From: an uncultured Clostridia bacterium
GTDB lineage: Bacteria > Bacillota > Clostridia > TANB77 > CAG-465
NCBI GenBank assembly: GCA_934162655.1
Contig: CAKPJL010000004.1
Span: 38 to 64,037 of the forward strand
DNA length: 64,000 nucleotides
Reading direction: 5' to 3'
Positions 24,315-34,189 of the stretch are shown here, in pieces; the first letter of the stretch is position 1, and the number at the start of each line of letters is the position of its first letter. Under the pieces are notes generated by a model, which saw only the letters and a list, made by a program, of their open reading frames with translations, did no database searches and was not told the origin of the DNA. A program made the position numbers and the translations under genes.

Positions 24315-24490
24315 AGTGTTTATCTTTTTAATTTTTTATTAATATGAAAAATATATTCACGTTATAATATGTGAATCTATTTTATAAAAGCTTTGGCAGT
24401 GTAAAAACTTTGATTTCCTCCAAAATTCAATTTGTTTATCTTCACCAAAGCTTTTAAGGGGCGGTTTTTATAAAAAATCGCTCTTTTTTT
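24315..24490 (+). ncRNA. Candidate small RNA (about 175 nt) with a CU-rich anti-Shine-Dalgarno-like motif
   Basis: No ORF. Hairpin AUUCAC..GUGAAU; 10-bp helix AAAGCUUUGG (about 24388-24397) / CCAAAGCUUU (about 24445-24454) enclosing UUUCCUCC; ends in a terminator. Confidence 0.45.
24459..24490 (+). terminator. Intrinsic terminator of the candidate sRNA
   Basis: GGGCGGUUUUU-loop-AAAAAUCGCUC stem followed by U7. Confidence 0.7.
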
Positions 24491-24509
24491 ATAAACATTT
24501 AATTTTTTT

Positions 24510-24538
24510 GTATATTATAATATTTTCATCACAAAATA
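24510..24538 (+). promoter_or_regulatory. Possible forespore (sigma-G/F-type) promoter of the SASP gene
   Basis: GTATA-N17-CAAAATA resembles GnATR-N17/18-CATnnTA; judged by eye only. Confidence 0.3.
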
Positions 24539-24566
24539 TTTGTAAAGTATTGGAGGTGAATCAATT

Positions 24567-24749
24567 ATGGCATCTAGCGCAAATAAAAACGCACAAGAAG
24601 CTCTTAACAGACTAAAAATGGAAGTTGCTTCTGAAGTTGGTGTAAACCTAAAACAAGGTTACAATGGTGACTTAACTTCTAAACAAGCTGGTACTGTTGG
24701 TGGTTACATGGTTAAAAAAATGATAGAAAAAGCTGCTAACCAAATGTAG
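24567..24749 (+). CDS. Alpha/beta-type small acid-soluble spore protein
   Basis: 60 aa: ALNRLKMEVASEVGV...LTSKQAGTVGGYMVKKMIE; GGAGGTG RBS. Confidence 0.92.
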   Translation: MASSANKNAQEALNRLKMEVASEVGVNLKQGYNGDLTSKQAGTVGGYMVKKMIEKAANQM

Positions 24750-24773
24750 TTTTAATATCAATAAAAGCGAGAA

Positions 24774-24797
24774 TTTAAAATTCCCGCTTTTTATTTT
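24774..24797. terminator. Bidirectional terminator between the SASP gene and the convergent small ORF
   Basis: AGCGAGAAUUU/AAAUUCCCGCU stem with U tracts on both strands. Confidence 0.6.
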
Positions 24798-24988
24798 TGA
24801 TATTTTTCTGGCATAAGTTTTATATTGCTTATCATATCAACATTAACTAATCTTAAAGTATCTTTTTCTTCTACTTTCATCCAATTATCTTCTACTAATA
24901 TAATCTTACCAACTATTTCAAAAGTTCCATTAAATAGTGATATACTACATACTTTTCCAACAAACTCTTTCATTAAATTTTCTGACAT
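24791..24988 (-). CDS. Hypothetical small protein (65 aa)
   Basis: Start moved to ATG 24988, preceded by GAGAGGGG. The longer track ORF adds an unsupported hydrophobic extension. Confidence 0.45.
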   Translation of the reverse strand: MSENLMKEFVGKVCSISLFNGTFEIVGKIILVEDNWMKVEEKDTLRLVNVDMISNIKLMPEKYQK

Positions 24989-25213
24989 ATTTTTTACCCC
25001 TCTCTTCTTTTTTTTTAATATATTATAACAAATTTGATTATTTCTAGGTATTACTATAAAAAGAATAATAAAAAGAAATATCAAAATACAAAAATTACTT
25101 ATATATATCACCTCTTTTAGATATATTACAAGTGTCAGTATACCATACTATTGTATATAAGTAAAGAGAGAAATAAATTTTATTTCTCTCTTAAAATTTT
25201 TGACTAATCTAAA

Positions 25214-25477
25214 TTACTCTTTATTATTTTTTCTTCTATTTTTTTCATCATTATCCTTTCTAATTAATTCAATTAACTGCTTTCCCCTGTGTCTTAGAAT
25301 AAAAATATCTCCCTTTTTAATCTCAAATTCATCAGGCTTGCTACAACAAATAACTCCCATAAATGTTTCATTATTTTTTTCTTCCCTTTCCAAATAAGAG
25401 TTATATTCTACTTTAAAAAGTATAATACCGTTTTCCACACTTTCAACTAAAGCATAGCTGTCAACAAAAAGTTCCAT
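25214..25477 (-). CDS. Hypothetical protein, DUF3006-like
   Basis: 87 aa; small beta-rich N-terminal half and charged Lys/Glu tail resemble DUF3006 as I remember it; weak call. Confidence 0.4.
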   Translation of the reverse strand: MELFVDSYALVESVENGIILFKVEYNSYLEREEKNNETFMGVICCSKPDEFEIKKGDIFILRHRGKQLIELIRKDNDEKNRRKNNKE

Positions 25478-25495
25478 ATGTTACCTCCAAATAAG

Positions 25496-26641
25496 TTAAT
25501 TAATTTGAATAATGAGTTCTTTTATGCTTTGTTTTGAATTATACCTCAAATATCCTTCTTTTTCTTCAAGCCCTAGAATTTGTGGAGTGTTCTCAATCAT
25601 ACCACAAAATATATTTACATATTTAGGATTAAACTGTGTAGAAGAACATTCCTTAATAATTTTAATTATTTCAGTCTTTTTTTTAGGGCTTTGGTAACTC
25701 CTACCAAGCATTGCGTGAAAAGCATCTATAAGTGAAACAATCATGGAGTATTCATGGATCATACTACCATCTAGTTTCCTAGGATATCCAGTACCATCAA
25801 ATCTTTCATGGTGCTGTTCAACTATAAACTCTATAACTTCATTATCCCTTTCTGATAATTCTGTCATAATAATATTATCAAGTATAGATTTACCTATCAT
25901 GGGATGATTCTTAATTTGTAAAAATTCAGGATCAGAAAGTCTTTTATTCTTAGTAAGTATACCTATATCAATTTCATACTTGCCAATGTCATGCAAAGCA
26001 GCACCAATAGCCAACACCATCAATTGATCTTTGCTAAGTTTTACCTTTTTTCCCATTTCAATTGCAAATTTACATACTGCCCTGCTATGTTCAGCTGTAT
26101 ACTCATCTTTTTGGCAAATCATGCTGTCATACTTAGAGAGAAAGCCATATATGTCAGAAATCTTTATCTCTGTACCAGTTTTCAAAGCTATAACCTTATC
26201 TTTAAGTCTATTTAAGTATGATACATTAACATATGAATCTTTACTAATATCCATGTTGTAAAGACATTCACCGACCTTATTTGCAATAAATTTTTCTATA
26301 ATTTTAATTGTTAATTCTTTATCTAAGTTATCACTTCCATTATACATATTTATAAATTTTATATTTGCATTTGAGGACTTTATTTTTTCAAACATAGATT
26401 CAAATTCTTTACTTGCGTAAGAATTCTTAGCAATACTAGGAGTGAAAATATAACAGTCCATTGCACCAGTCTTTGTTAAAAATTCCTTATATTGTTCAGA
26501 TACATTTTCTAAATTTATAATATTTATTCCTAGCCGTATTTTTCCTATACCGTGAAACGCCTCCAAAATAAATTCGTTAATTTCTCTCTTTTTAATATCA
26601 TCTGCCTCTCTTAGATCAATAACAATATCAAAATCTCGCAT
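25496..26641 (-). CDS. HD-GYP domain protein (putative c-di-GMP phosphodiesterase) with uncharacterised N-terminal domain of about 180 aa
   Basis: HSRAV...ALHDIGKYEI...HPMIGKSIL...EQHHERFDGTGYPRKL. Confidence 0.85.
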   Translation of the reverse strand: MRDFDIVIDLREADDIKKREINEFILEAFHGIGKIRLGINIINLENVSEQYKEFLTKTGAMDCYIFTPSIAKNSYASKEFESMFEKIKSSNANIKFINMYNGSDNLDKELTIKIIEKFIANKVGECLYNMDISKDSYVNVSYLNRLKDKVIALKTGTEIKISDIYGFLSKYDSMICQKDEYTAEHSRAVCKFAIEMGKKVKLSKDQLMVLAIGAALHDIGKYEIDIGILTKNKRLSDPEFLQIKNHPMIGKSILDNIIMTELSERDNEVIEFIVEQHHERFDGTGYPRKLDGSMIHEYSMIVSLIDAFHAMLGRSYQSPKKKTEIIKIIKECSSTQFNPKYVNIFCGMIENTPQILGLEEKEGYLRYNSKQSIKELIIQIN

Positions 26642-26774
26642 AATTTTGCCTCCATAAAAATAGTAACACTCCCTAATTATTTATAACTAAGGATAAAATT
26701 TAATACCGTACTATTATAACACATTTAGTATTACTTGTAAATAGCACATATATTTTACATAAAACGCATAAAAA

Positions 26775-26808
26775 AAGAACCTTGGAAAATAACCAAAATT
26801 CTTTTTTA
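26775..26808 (-). terminator. Rho-independent terminator directly after secY
   Basis: AGAAUUUUGG-loop-CCAAGGUUCU (two G-U pairs) followed by U7 on the minus strand. Confidence 0.65.
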
Positions 26809-26823
26809 TATTACTATTATTTA

Positions 26824-28134
26824 CTAATTTAAAAATCCTCTATAATGTCTTGAAACCATTTGTGTTTCTAGGTTTTTAAGTATTTCTAAAGCAACACTTA
26901 CAATGATTAATACAGATGTACCACCAAAAGATATTGAAACTGGTGTTACTCCTTGAAGTAAAATTGGAAATACTGCAACAATAGCTAAGAACACAGCTCC
27001 AACTGTTGTTATATATTTTAATACCTTTGAAATATAATCAGAAGTATTTTTTCCAGCTCTAATTCCTGGAATAAATCCACCATTTTTCTTTAATTGGTTT
27101 GCAATCTCTACTGGATTTACAATAAACATTGTATATATAAATGTAAATGCAATAATTAATGCCATATAAATTATTGAGTAACCAATTATATATCCCCAAT
27201 GAGAATTACTTGTAATACTAAATAAGTTATATACTTTTAACCAGAAACCTGTTGGTTCATTTTTAGTACAAATACTTATAATTGTTGATGGGAACATCAT
27301 AAATGACATTGCAAATATTATTGGCATAACACCTGCCATCGCAACTTTTATTGGAATATGAGTGTTTTGACCACCATACATTTTTCTTCCTACAACTTTC
27401 TTTGCATAATTTACAGGAAGTCTACGCTCTGCTTGTTGAACAAATATAACAGCAGCTAATACTAGTATAATAACTAGAACTAATGCTATAACTATTAAAG
27501 TTCCTGTTATTCCTTCACGTGCAAAGCTTATAAGTGTTGAAGCTCCACTTGGAATTTGAGCTACTATACCTACAAAGACTAGAACTGAAATACCATTTCC
27601 TATACCGTACTCTGTTATTTTATCTCCAAGCCATGTAAGAAGTGCTGTTCCTGCCATAAGTGATCCTACAAAAAGGATAGCTCCAAGTACCGCACCAGCT
27701 CCATATTTAAGTGGATCTAGTAAAGCACTTCTATAATTTAAATAAAGACCTATACCTTCAATAAGTCCAAAAGCTATTGTAAGATATTTAGTATATTTCG
27801 AAAGTAGTTTTCTACCTTCTTCACCTTCACGAGCAAGTTTTTCAAGTGAAGGAATTAAAACTTGCAATAAGTTTAGAACAATTGAAGCCGTAATATATGG
27901 CCCAATTGTCATAGCAAATATTGAAAGTCTTCCAAATGCACCGCCTGAAATCAAGTTTATTGTAGCAAGTATTCCATTAGATGCATCACCCACTTGTTGT
28001 ATAAAAGTTATTTTATCAATACCTGGTATTGTTATAAATGTACCAAGTCTATAAAGTAATACTATAAATAAAGTAAATAATATTTTTTTACGAATGTCTT
28101 TAACTGAAAAGATATTTTTAATGGTTTGTAGCAT
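26824..28134 (-). CDS. secY: Preprotein translocase subunit SecY
   Basis: 436 aa, 10-TM pattern, conserved N-terminus (LRKKILFTL...YRLGTFITIPGI); last gene of the spc operon. Confidence 0.97.
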   Translation of the reverse strand: MLQTIKNIFSVKDIRKKILFTLFIVLLYRLGTFITIPGIDKITFIQQVGDASNGILATINLISGGAFGRLSIFAMTIGPYITASIVLNLLQVLIPSLEKLAREGEEGRKLLSKYTKYLTIAFGLIEGIGLYLNYRSALLDPLKYGAGAVLGAILFVGSLMAGTALLTWLGDKITEYGIGNGISVLVFVGIVAQIPSGASTLISFAREGITGTLIVIALVLVIILVLAAVIFVQQAERRLPVNYAKKVVGRKMYGGQNTHIPIKVAMAGVMPIIFAMSFMMFPSTIISICTKNEPTGFWLKVYNLFSITSNSHWGYIIGYSIIYMALIIAFTFIYTMFIVNPVEIANQLKKNGGFIPGIRAGKNTSDYISKVLKYITTVGAVFLAIVAVFPILLQGVTPVSISFGGTSVLIIVSVALEILKNLETQMVSRHYRGFLN

Positions 28135-28135
28135 A

Positions 28136-28579
28136 CTACTTCACCTCTTCTATCTTTCCACCTACAGCTTCTATTTTTGTTTTAGCCTCTTTTGAAAATT
28201 TGTTAGCAACAACTGTAAGCTTTTTAGTTAAATTACCATTTGAAAGTATTTTTAATCCGTCTAATTCTTTTTTTATCATACCTTCTTTTAAAAGTAATTC
28301 CATATTTACAACTGTTCCTTCTTCAAACTTTTCAAGATCTGAAACATTAACAATTGCATATTCTTTCTTGAAGTAGTTTTTAAATCCTCTTTTTGGAATT
28401 CTTCTATAAAGTGGTGTTTGTCCACCTTCAAAGCCTCTTCTGATTTTTCCGCCGGATCTAGCTTTTTGTCCTTTATGACCTTTACCAGCAGTTTTTCCAA
28501 GACCACTTCCTACTCCACGACCTACTCTTGTTCTAGTTTTAGTAGCTCCATATGCTGGGCCTAAATCTTGAATATTCAT
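28136..28579 (-). CDS. rplO: 50S ribosomal protein L15
   Basis: [26 protein letters not shown]; operon position. Confidence 0.96.
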   Translation of the reverse strand: MNIQDLGPAYGATKTRTRVGRGVGSGLGKTAGKGHKGQKARSGGKIRRGFEGGQTPLYRRIPKRGFKNYFKKEYAIVNVSDLEKFEEGTVVNMELLLKEGMIKKELDGLKILSNGNLTKKLTVVANKFSKEAKTKIEAVGGKIEEVK

Positions 28580-28608
28580 TTAAATATGCCTCCTCTCTTT
28601 TTATGTTA

Positions 28609-29097
28609 TTATTTTAAAATTTCAGCAACTGATTTTCCTCTAAGTGCTGCTACTTGCTCTGGTGTTCTCATTGCTTTTAGAGCTTTTATAGTTGCATACA
28701 CAACATTTCTGCTATTACGAGATCCAAGTGTTTTAGCAGTTACATTTTTAACTCCTGCAAGTTCTAGTACTGGACGTACTGCTCCACCTGCGATTACACC
28801 TGTACCTTCTGGTGCTGGCTTTAAAATTACTTTTGAAGCACCGAAATTTGTTGTATATTCATGTGGTAAAGTACCATTTACAAGTGATATTTCAACTAAA
28901 TTCTTTTTAGCTTCATCTGTAGCTTTTTTGATAGCTTCTGGTACTTCTGAAGATTTACCAGTTCCTACGCCTATTTTGCCTTTTCCATCACCAACAACTA
29001 CTAGTACACTAAATCTAAAAGTTCTACCACCTTTAACAACTTTAGCTACTCTGCTTACATTAACAACTTTTTCTTTTAATTCTTGTTTTTCAGCCAT
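28609..29097 (-). CDS. rpsE: 30S ribosomal protein S5
   Basis: [30 protein letters not shown]. Confidence 0.96.
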   Translation of the reverse strand: MAEKQELKEKVVNVSRVAKVVKGGRTFRFSVLVVVGDGKGKIGVGTGKSSEVPEAIKKATDEAKKNLVEISLVNGTLPHEYTTNFGASKVILKPAPEGTGVIAGGAVRPVLELAGVKNVTAKTLGSRNSRNVVYATIKALKAMRTPEQVAALRGKSVAEILK

Positions 29098-29119
29098 TTT
29101 GGTTTCTCCTTTTCTACAA

Positions 29120-29479
29120 TTAAAATTCTAATCCAGCTTCTCTTGCTGCATCTGCTACTGCTTTAACTTTTCCATGGTATAAATAACCATTTCTATCAAA
29201 TACAACAGATTTTATTTTCTTTTCAATTGCTCTTTTAGCAATCAAAGTTCCTACTTCTGTTGCAGCTGCTATATTAGATGCTTTTGTTTTTATTTCTTTA
29301 TCAAGAGTTGATGCTTGTGCAATTGTTACTTGTGCATCATCGTCAATTAGTTGACAAGAAATATTATTTAAGCTTCTAAATACGCAAAGTCTAGGTCTAG
29401 CAGCAGTTCCTTTTACGGTAGCTCTTACTCTATTTTGTCTAGTTTTTCTAGATTCATTTTTACTAACTTTTTTAATCAT
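29120..29479 (-). CDS. rplR: 50S ribosomal protein L18
   Basis: [20 protein letters not shown]...[26 protein letters not shown]. Confidence 0.96.
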   Translation of the reverse strand: MIKKVSKNESRKTRQNRVRATVKGTAARPRLCVFRSLNNISCQLIDDDAQVTIAQASTLDKEIKTKASNIAAATEVGTLIAKRAIEKKIKSVVFDRNGYLYHGKVKAVADAAREAGLEF

Positions 29480-29501
29480 GAGCTCTTCTCCTCCTTAAAC
29501 C

Positions 29502-30038
29502 CTATTTTTTAGCGCCGGCTTTTCCTTCTTTCCTTCTTATTCTTTCACCAGCATACTTAATACCTTTACCTTTATATGGTTCAGGTCTTCTATAATCTCT
29601 AATATTTGTAGCTACTTGACCAACCAATTGTTTATCAATTCCTTTTACAACTATATTGTTAGGTGTAGGTACATCTATTGTTATACCTTCTGGCTCTTCA
29701 ACTTCAACTGGATGTGAAAAACCAAGAGTTAGTATTAATTTTTTACCTTGTTTTTGTGCTTTGTATCCAACGCCACCAATTTCTAGTGCTTTTTCAAATC
29801 CTTCTGTTACACCTTTTACCATGTTAGCAATAAGTGTTCTAGTTAGTCCATGAATATTTTTTACACTATCATCTTTTCTTGTTACAACTATTTTGTTATC
29901 TTCTTGTTTAATAGTTACAACATCTAGAAAAGTATCTGTTAAAGTTCCTTTTGGTCCTTTTACAGTAACTGTTTGACCATCTATTTTAACTTCAACGCCT
30001 TGTGGAATTTCAATTGGATTTTTTCCTATTCTTGACAT
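29502..30038 (-). CDS. rplF: 50S ribosomal protein L6
   Basis: [17 protein letters not shown]...GVGYKA...[11 protein letters not shown]. Confidence 0.96.
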   Translation of the reverse strand: MSRIGKNPIEIPQGVEVKIDGQTVTVKGPKGTLTDTFLDVVTIKQEDNKIVVTRKDDSVKNIHGLTRTLIANMVKGVTEGFEKALEIGGVGYKAQKQGKKLILTLGFSHPVEVEEPEGITIDVPTPNNIVVKGIDKQLVGQVATNIRDYRRPEPYKGKGIKYAGERIRRKEGKAGAKK

Positions 30039-30065
30039 TTTAGTTTACCCTCCTTCTTTTTCAAA

Positions 30066-30461
30066 TTACCAAACATATGCTATAACTTCTCCACCAACGT
30101 TTGCTTTTCTTGCTTCTTTATCAGTCATTATTCCTTTTGAAGTTGATATTATAGCAATTCCTAATCCGTTTAAAACTCTTGGTAGTTCTTCTACATTTGC
30201 ATATATTCTAAGACCTGGTTTACTAATTTTCTTTAATCCTTGTATAACTTTAGTCTTTCCATCATACTTTAATGTTAATCTTAATGTTTTAAAACTATTA
30301 TCTTCTAATGTATCGCAAGAAGCAATAAATCCTTCGCTTACTAGTATATCAGATATAGCTTTCTTTTCTTTTGAATAAGGAACATCAACTGTTGCTTTTC
30401 TTTGAGCATTTGCGTTTCTTATTCTAGTTAACATATCTGCAATTGGATCTGTTGTAATCAT
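30066..30461 (-). CDS. rpsH: 30S ribosomal protein S8
   Basis: [13 protein letters not shown]...GGEVIAYVW. Confidence 0.96.
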   Translation of the reverse strand: MITTDPIADMLTRIRNANAQRKATVDVPYSKEKKAISDILVSEGFIASCDTLEDNSFKTLRLTLKYDGKTKVIQGLKKISKPGLRIYANVEELPRVLNGLGIAIISTSKGIMTDKEARKANVGGEVIAYVW

Positions 30462-30483
30462 TTACTTTTCCTCCTTTTTAAAA

Positions 30484-30669
30484 TTACCAGCTTGCTTTTT
30501 TAACTCCTGGTATTTCGCCTTGATATGCTAATTTTCTAAAGCATAGACGACAAATTCCATATTTTCTCATATATGAGTGTGGTCTACCACATATTTTGCA
30601 TCTGTTATAATATCTTGTGCTAAATTTTGGTTCTCTTTGTTGTTTAGCAATCATAGATTTTTTTGCCAT
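30484..30669 (-). CDS. rpsN: 30S ribosomal protein S14, short zinc-binding (type Z) form
   Basis: 61 aa with [22 protein letters not shown]. Confidence 0.95.
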   Translation of the reverse strand: MAKKSMIAKQQREPKFSTRYYNRCKICGRPHSYMRKYGICRLCFRKLAYQGEIPGVKKASW

Positions 30670-30681
30670 GTGTATTCCCTC

Positions 30682-31221
30682 CTACTTTTGCTCGAATGGT
30701 AAGCCTAGCATTTCAAGTAATGCCTTTGCCTCTTCATCAGTATTTGCAGTTGTTACAAATATGATGTCCATTCCTCTTGTTTTGTCTATTTTATCATATT
30801 CAATTTCTGGGAAAATCATTTGTTCTTTTACTCCCATTGAATAGTTTCCACGTCCATCAAAAGAATTTGGATTTACACCTTTAAAATCTCTAACACGTGG
30901 TAGTGCTACATTGAAAAATTTAGTAGCAAAATCATACATTTTATCTGCTCTTAAAGTTACTTTGCATCCAAGGTTCATTCCTTCTCTTACTTTGAAAGCA
31001 GCAATTGATTTTTTAGCCTTAGTTATTAAAGGTTTTTGTCCTGTTATTAATGTTAAGTCAGCCATTGCAGCATCTAATGCTTTTGAACTTTCTTTAACAT
31101 CAGAAACACCCATATTAATAACTATCTTTTCTAACTTTGGAACTTGCATTACTGATTTATAGTTAAATTTTTTCATTAACGCAGGTACTATTTCACTTTT
31201 ATATCTTTCTTTAAGGTTCAT
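30682..31221 (-). CDS. rplE: 50S ribosomal protein L5
   Basis: [17 protein letters not shown]...[18 protein letters not shown]. Confidence 0.96.
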   Translation of the reverse strand: MNLKERYKSEIVPALMKKFNYKSVMQVPKLEKIVINMGVSDVKESSKALDAAMADLTLITGQKPLITKAKKSIAAFKVREGMNLGCKVTLRADKMYDFATKFFNVALPRVRDFKGVNPNSFDGRGNYSMGVKEQMIFPEIEYDKIDKTRGMDIIFVTTANTDEEAKALLEMLGLPFEQK

Positions 31222-31235
31222 CTATTTTCCCCTCC

Positions 31236-31556
31236 TTACTTAATTTCTTGACATTTTTTACAAAATCTTACTTTTGTATTATCTTTTTCTGTTTTTATTC
31301 CTAATTTTACACCTTTTCCACATTTGTCGCAGAAGTATGCAACTTTACATGCATATATAGGTGATTCAGATTTAATTATTCCTGATTCTTGACCTTGTTT
31401 TCTAGCTTTAACATGTCTAGTTCTAACATTTATACCTTTTACAAGAACTTTACCAGTTTTAGGTTCTACTTTTAAAATTTCACCTTTTTTGCCTTTTTCA
31501 GCTCCACTTTCAACTATAACAGTATCACCTTTTCTTAATTTCATTTTTGTTATCAC
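31236..31556 (-). CDS. rplX: 50S ribosomal protein L24 with a CxxC...CxxC C-terminal segment
   Basis: KLRKGDTVIVESGAEKGKKGEILKV KOW motif; C-terminus is FCDKCGKGVKLGIKTEKDNTKVRFCKKC. Confidence 0.93.
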   Translation of the reverse strand: MITKMKLRKGDTVIVESGAEKGKKGEILKVEPKTGKVLVKGINVRTRHVKARKQGQESGIIKSESPIYACKVAYFCDKCGKGVKLGIKTEKDNTKVRFCKKCQEIK

Positions 31557-31575
31557 TTTAATTCACCCCCACGCA

Positions 31576-31944
31576 TTATAAAACTTCTGGTGCAAGAGAG
31601 ATAATTTTCATATAATCCTTATCTCTTAATTCTCTTGCTACTGGCCCAAAAATACGAGTTCCTTTTGGTGTTTTATCATCTTTAATTATAACTGCTGCAT
31701 TTTCGTCAAATCTTATATAAGAACCATCATCACGTTTTAATCCTCTTGAAGATCTAACAATAACAGCTTTTACAACTTCACCTTTTTTTACAACTCCGCC
31801 AGGTGTAGCTTTTTTAACTGAAGCAACTATTACATCACCAATATTGCCCCATTTTCTATGGTGTCCGCCCATAACTCTGATACACATTAATTCTTTTGCA
31901 CCAGTGTTATCAGCAACTTTTAACAATGTTTGTTGTTGTATCAT
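31576..31944 (-). CDS. rplN: 50S ribosomal protein L14
   Basis: [24 protein letters not shown]. Confidence 0.97.
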   Translation of the reverse strand: MIQQQTLLKVADNTGAKELMCIRVMGGHHRKWGNIGDVIVASVKKATPGGVVKKGEVVKAVIVRSSRGLKRDDGSYIRFDENAAVIIKDDKTPKGTRIFGPVARELRDKDYMKIISLAPEVL

Positions 31945-31971
31945 GGATTAGTCCTCCTCTCAAATTATAAA

Positions 31972-32226
31972 CTATTTAACTTTTTCCACAATTCTTACTA
32001 ATCTGTATCTCTTGTCACGACTTAGTGGTCTAGTTTCCATTATTTCTACTGTATCGCCTATATCGCATTCATTATTTTCATCATGTGCTTTAACTTTTAG
32101 GGTTCTATTTACAATTTTTCCGTAAAGTGGATCTTTAACTTTTGTGTCTATTCTTACTACAATTGTTTTATCCATTTTATTACTTGCAACTTTACCAATT
32201 TTAGTTTTTCTTAAATTTCTTTCCAT
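31972..32226 (-). CDS. rpsQ: 30S ribosomal protein S17
   Basis: [29 protein letters not shown]. Confidence 0.95.
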   Translation of the reverse strand: MERNLRKTKIGKVASNKMDKTIVVRIDTKVKDPLYGKIVNRTLKVKAHDENNECDIGDTVEIMETRPLSRDKRYRLVRIVEKVK

Positions 32227-32247
32227 GCTTTTTTTCCTCCTTTACCA

Positions 32248-32448
32248 CTAAACATTACTTTTCTTTGTCATTACTGTATTTACTCTTGCTATGTTTTTCT
32301 TAACAGCAGTAATTTTTTTAGGGTTATCAAGACCATTTAGGGCATGTGAGAATCTTAATTTAAATAATTCTTGTTTTAATTCTTTTAATTCTTTTTGTAA
32401 TTCTTCTTGTGACATATTTTCATATTCTTTTATTCTATTAGATTTCAT
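32248..32448 (-). CDS. rpmC: 50S ribosomal protein L29
   Basis: 66 aa with [14 protein letters not shown]; operon position. Confidence 0.93.
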   Translation of the reverse strand: MKSNRIKEYENMSQEELQKELKELKQELFKLRFSHALNGLDNPKKITAVKKNIARVNTVMTKKSNV

Positions 32449-32869
32449 CTTGATTTTCCCCTCCTTCTTTTTTAACTATTTTACATCTTACTGGAAGTTT
32501 ATGAATTGCTTTTGTTAAAGCTTCACGACTTACTTCCTCACCAAGACCTGCAACTTCAAACATTACTCTTCCTGGTTTTACTACAGCTACGAAATACTCT
32601 GGATTTCCTTTACCAGAACCCATACGAGTTTCAGCTGGTTTTTTAGTTATTGGTTTGTCTGGGAATATTTTAATCCAAACTTTACCAACTTTTTTAGTAT
32701 ATCTAGATAATGTTACACGAACTGATTCAATTTGGTTTGCAGTTATCCAAGCAGCATCAAGTGTTTGAATACCGTATTCACCGTCAGTTACTTTATTACC
32801 ACGCATTGCATTACCCTTCATGTTACCTTTTTGTACTTTTCTATATTTAGTTCTTTTTGGTGACAACAT
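32438..32869 (-). CDS. rplP: 50S ribosomal protein L16
   Basis: [15 protein letters not shown]...[24 protein letters not shown]. Confidence 0.97.
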   Translation of the reverse strand: MLSPKRTKYRKVQKGNMKGNAMRGNKVTDGEYGIQTLDAAWITANQIESVRVTLSRYTKKVGKVWIKIFPDKPITKKPAETRMGSGKGNPEYFVAVVKPGRVMFEVAGLGEEVSREALTKAIHKLPVRCKIVKKEGGENQDEI

Positions 32870-32871
32870 AA

Positions 32872-33528
32872 CTAGTTACCTCCTTTTTCTTGTTTCTTTG
32901 CTGGAAGTACTTCTCCTTTATATATCCAAACTTTTACGCCAATTTTACCGTATGTAGTATCTGCTTCTGCAAATCCATAATCGATATCCGCTCTTAAAGT
33001 TTGAAGTGGAATTGTTCCTTCTGCATAGTGTTCGCATCTTGCAATTTCTGCTCCGCCAAGTCTTCCTGAAACAGCAGTCTTAATTCCAAGTGCTCCTGCT
33101 TTCATTGCTTTTTGCATTGCTTGTTTCATAGCTTTTCTAAAAGAAATTCTTTTTTCAAGTTGTGTTGCAATACTTTCAGCAACAAGTTGTGCAGCTAAAT
33201 CAACATCTTTAACTTCTATAATATTTAAAGATAATTCCTTACCTATTTCTTTTGATGCTTTTGTTTTTAGCTCATCAATTGCAGCTCCACCTTTTCCTAT
33301 AATCATTCCTGGTTTTGCTGTATAGATGTCAACTTTAATTGTTTCACCTTTTCTTTGAATATCTAACTTATATATTCCAGATGGCTTAAGTAAGTTTTTA
33401 AGATATTCACGAATTTTGTAATCTTCTACTAAGTTGTTTGAAAATTCTTTTTTGTTGGCATACCAAGTTGATGACCAATCTTTGATTATTCCAACTCTAA
33501 GTCCGTGTGGACTAACTTTTTGACCCAT
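32872..33528 (-). CDS. rpsC: 30S ribosomal protein S3
   Basis: [18 protein letters not shown]...KH domain, [10 protein letters not shown]. Confidence 0.97.
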   Translation of the reverse strand: MGQKVSPHGLRVGIIKDWSSTWYANKKEFSNNLVEDYKIREYLKNLLKPSGIYKLDIQRKGETIKVDIYTAKPGMIIGKGGAAIDELKTKASKEIGKELSLNIIEVKDVDLAAQLVAESIATQLEKRISFRKAMKQAMQKAMKAGALGIKTAVSGRLGGAEIARCEHYAEGTIPLQTLRADIDYGFAEADTTYGKIGVKVWIYKGEVLPAKKQEKGGN

Positions 33529-33543
33529 GTTAAACTTACCTCC

Positions 33544-33879
33544 TTATGCTTGTTCTTTTAAAACAACAACGATATGACTTGTTCTTTTTCTTATTCTGTT
33601 GGCTCTTCCTTGTGTTGCTGCTCTAATTCTTTTCATAGTTGGTCCTTGGTTAGCATAGATTTCTGCTATATAAAGTTTAGTTTCATCCATTTTATTATTG
33701 TTTACTGCATTTGCTATAGCTGATTTTACTAATTTTTGAACCATTGGAGCTGCTGCTTTATTTGTATATCTTAACATTGCAACAGCTTCGTCTGCTTTTT
33801 TACCTCTAATAGTATCAATAACTATTTTTACTTTTCTGCTAGAAATTCTAGCATTACGTAATTCTGCTCTTGCTTCCAT
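33544..33879 (-). CDS. rplV: 50S ribosomal protein L22
   Basis: ARISSRKVKIVIDTIRGKKADEAVAML...GRANRIRKRTSHI. Confidence 0.96.
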   Translation of the reverse strand: MEARAELRNARISSRKVKIVIDTIRGKKADEAVAMLRYTNKAAAPMVQKLVKSAIANAVNNNKMDETKLYIAEIYANQGPTMKRIRAATQGRANRIRKRTSHIVVVLKEQA

Positions 33880-33896
33880 TTAAAGCTCCTCCTTCA

Positions 33897-34175
33897 TTAT
33901 TTTACTGTTGATTTTTTATCCCCTGAATGTCCTTTAAAAAGTCTTGTAGGAGCAAATTCACCTAATTTGTGTCCTACCATTTCTTCTACTACATAAACTG
34001 GAACATGTTTTCTTCCATCATGTACAGCAATTGTATGGCCTATCATTTGAGGATATATTGTAGATGATCTTGACCAAGTCTTTATTGCCTCTTTTTTATT
34101 TTCTGCATTCATTTTTTCAATTCTTGCAAGTAATCTTTCGTCGCAATATGGTCCTTTTTTAAGCGATCTTGACAT
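33897..34175 (-). CDS. rpsS: 30S ribosomal protein S19
   Basis: [10 protein letters not shown]...[15 protein letters not shown]...[11 protein letters not shown]. Confidence 0.97.
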   Translation of the reverse strand: MSRSLKKGPYCDERLLARIEKMNAENKKEAIKTWSRSSTIYPQMIGHTIAVHDGRKHVPVYVVEEMVGHKLGEFAPTRLFKGHSGDKKSTVK

Positions 34176-34189
34176 ATTCTATCCCTCCA

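Noticed and set aside
28580-28608. Missing rpmD (L30) between rpsE and rplO as a deletion event
   Set aside because: Only 29 nt separate the genes, with no remnant. L30 is absent from some lineages, so this is noted only within the synteny finding.
28568-29131. 187-aa plus-strand ORF
   Set aside because: It is antisense to rpsE and rplO, which are unambiguous, and its Pro/Thr/Ser-rich translation is typical of a shadow frame.
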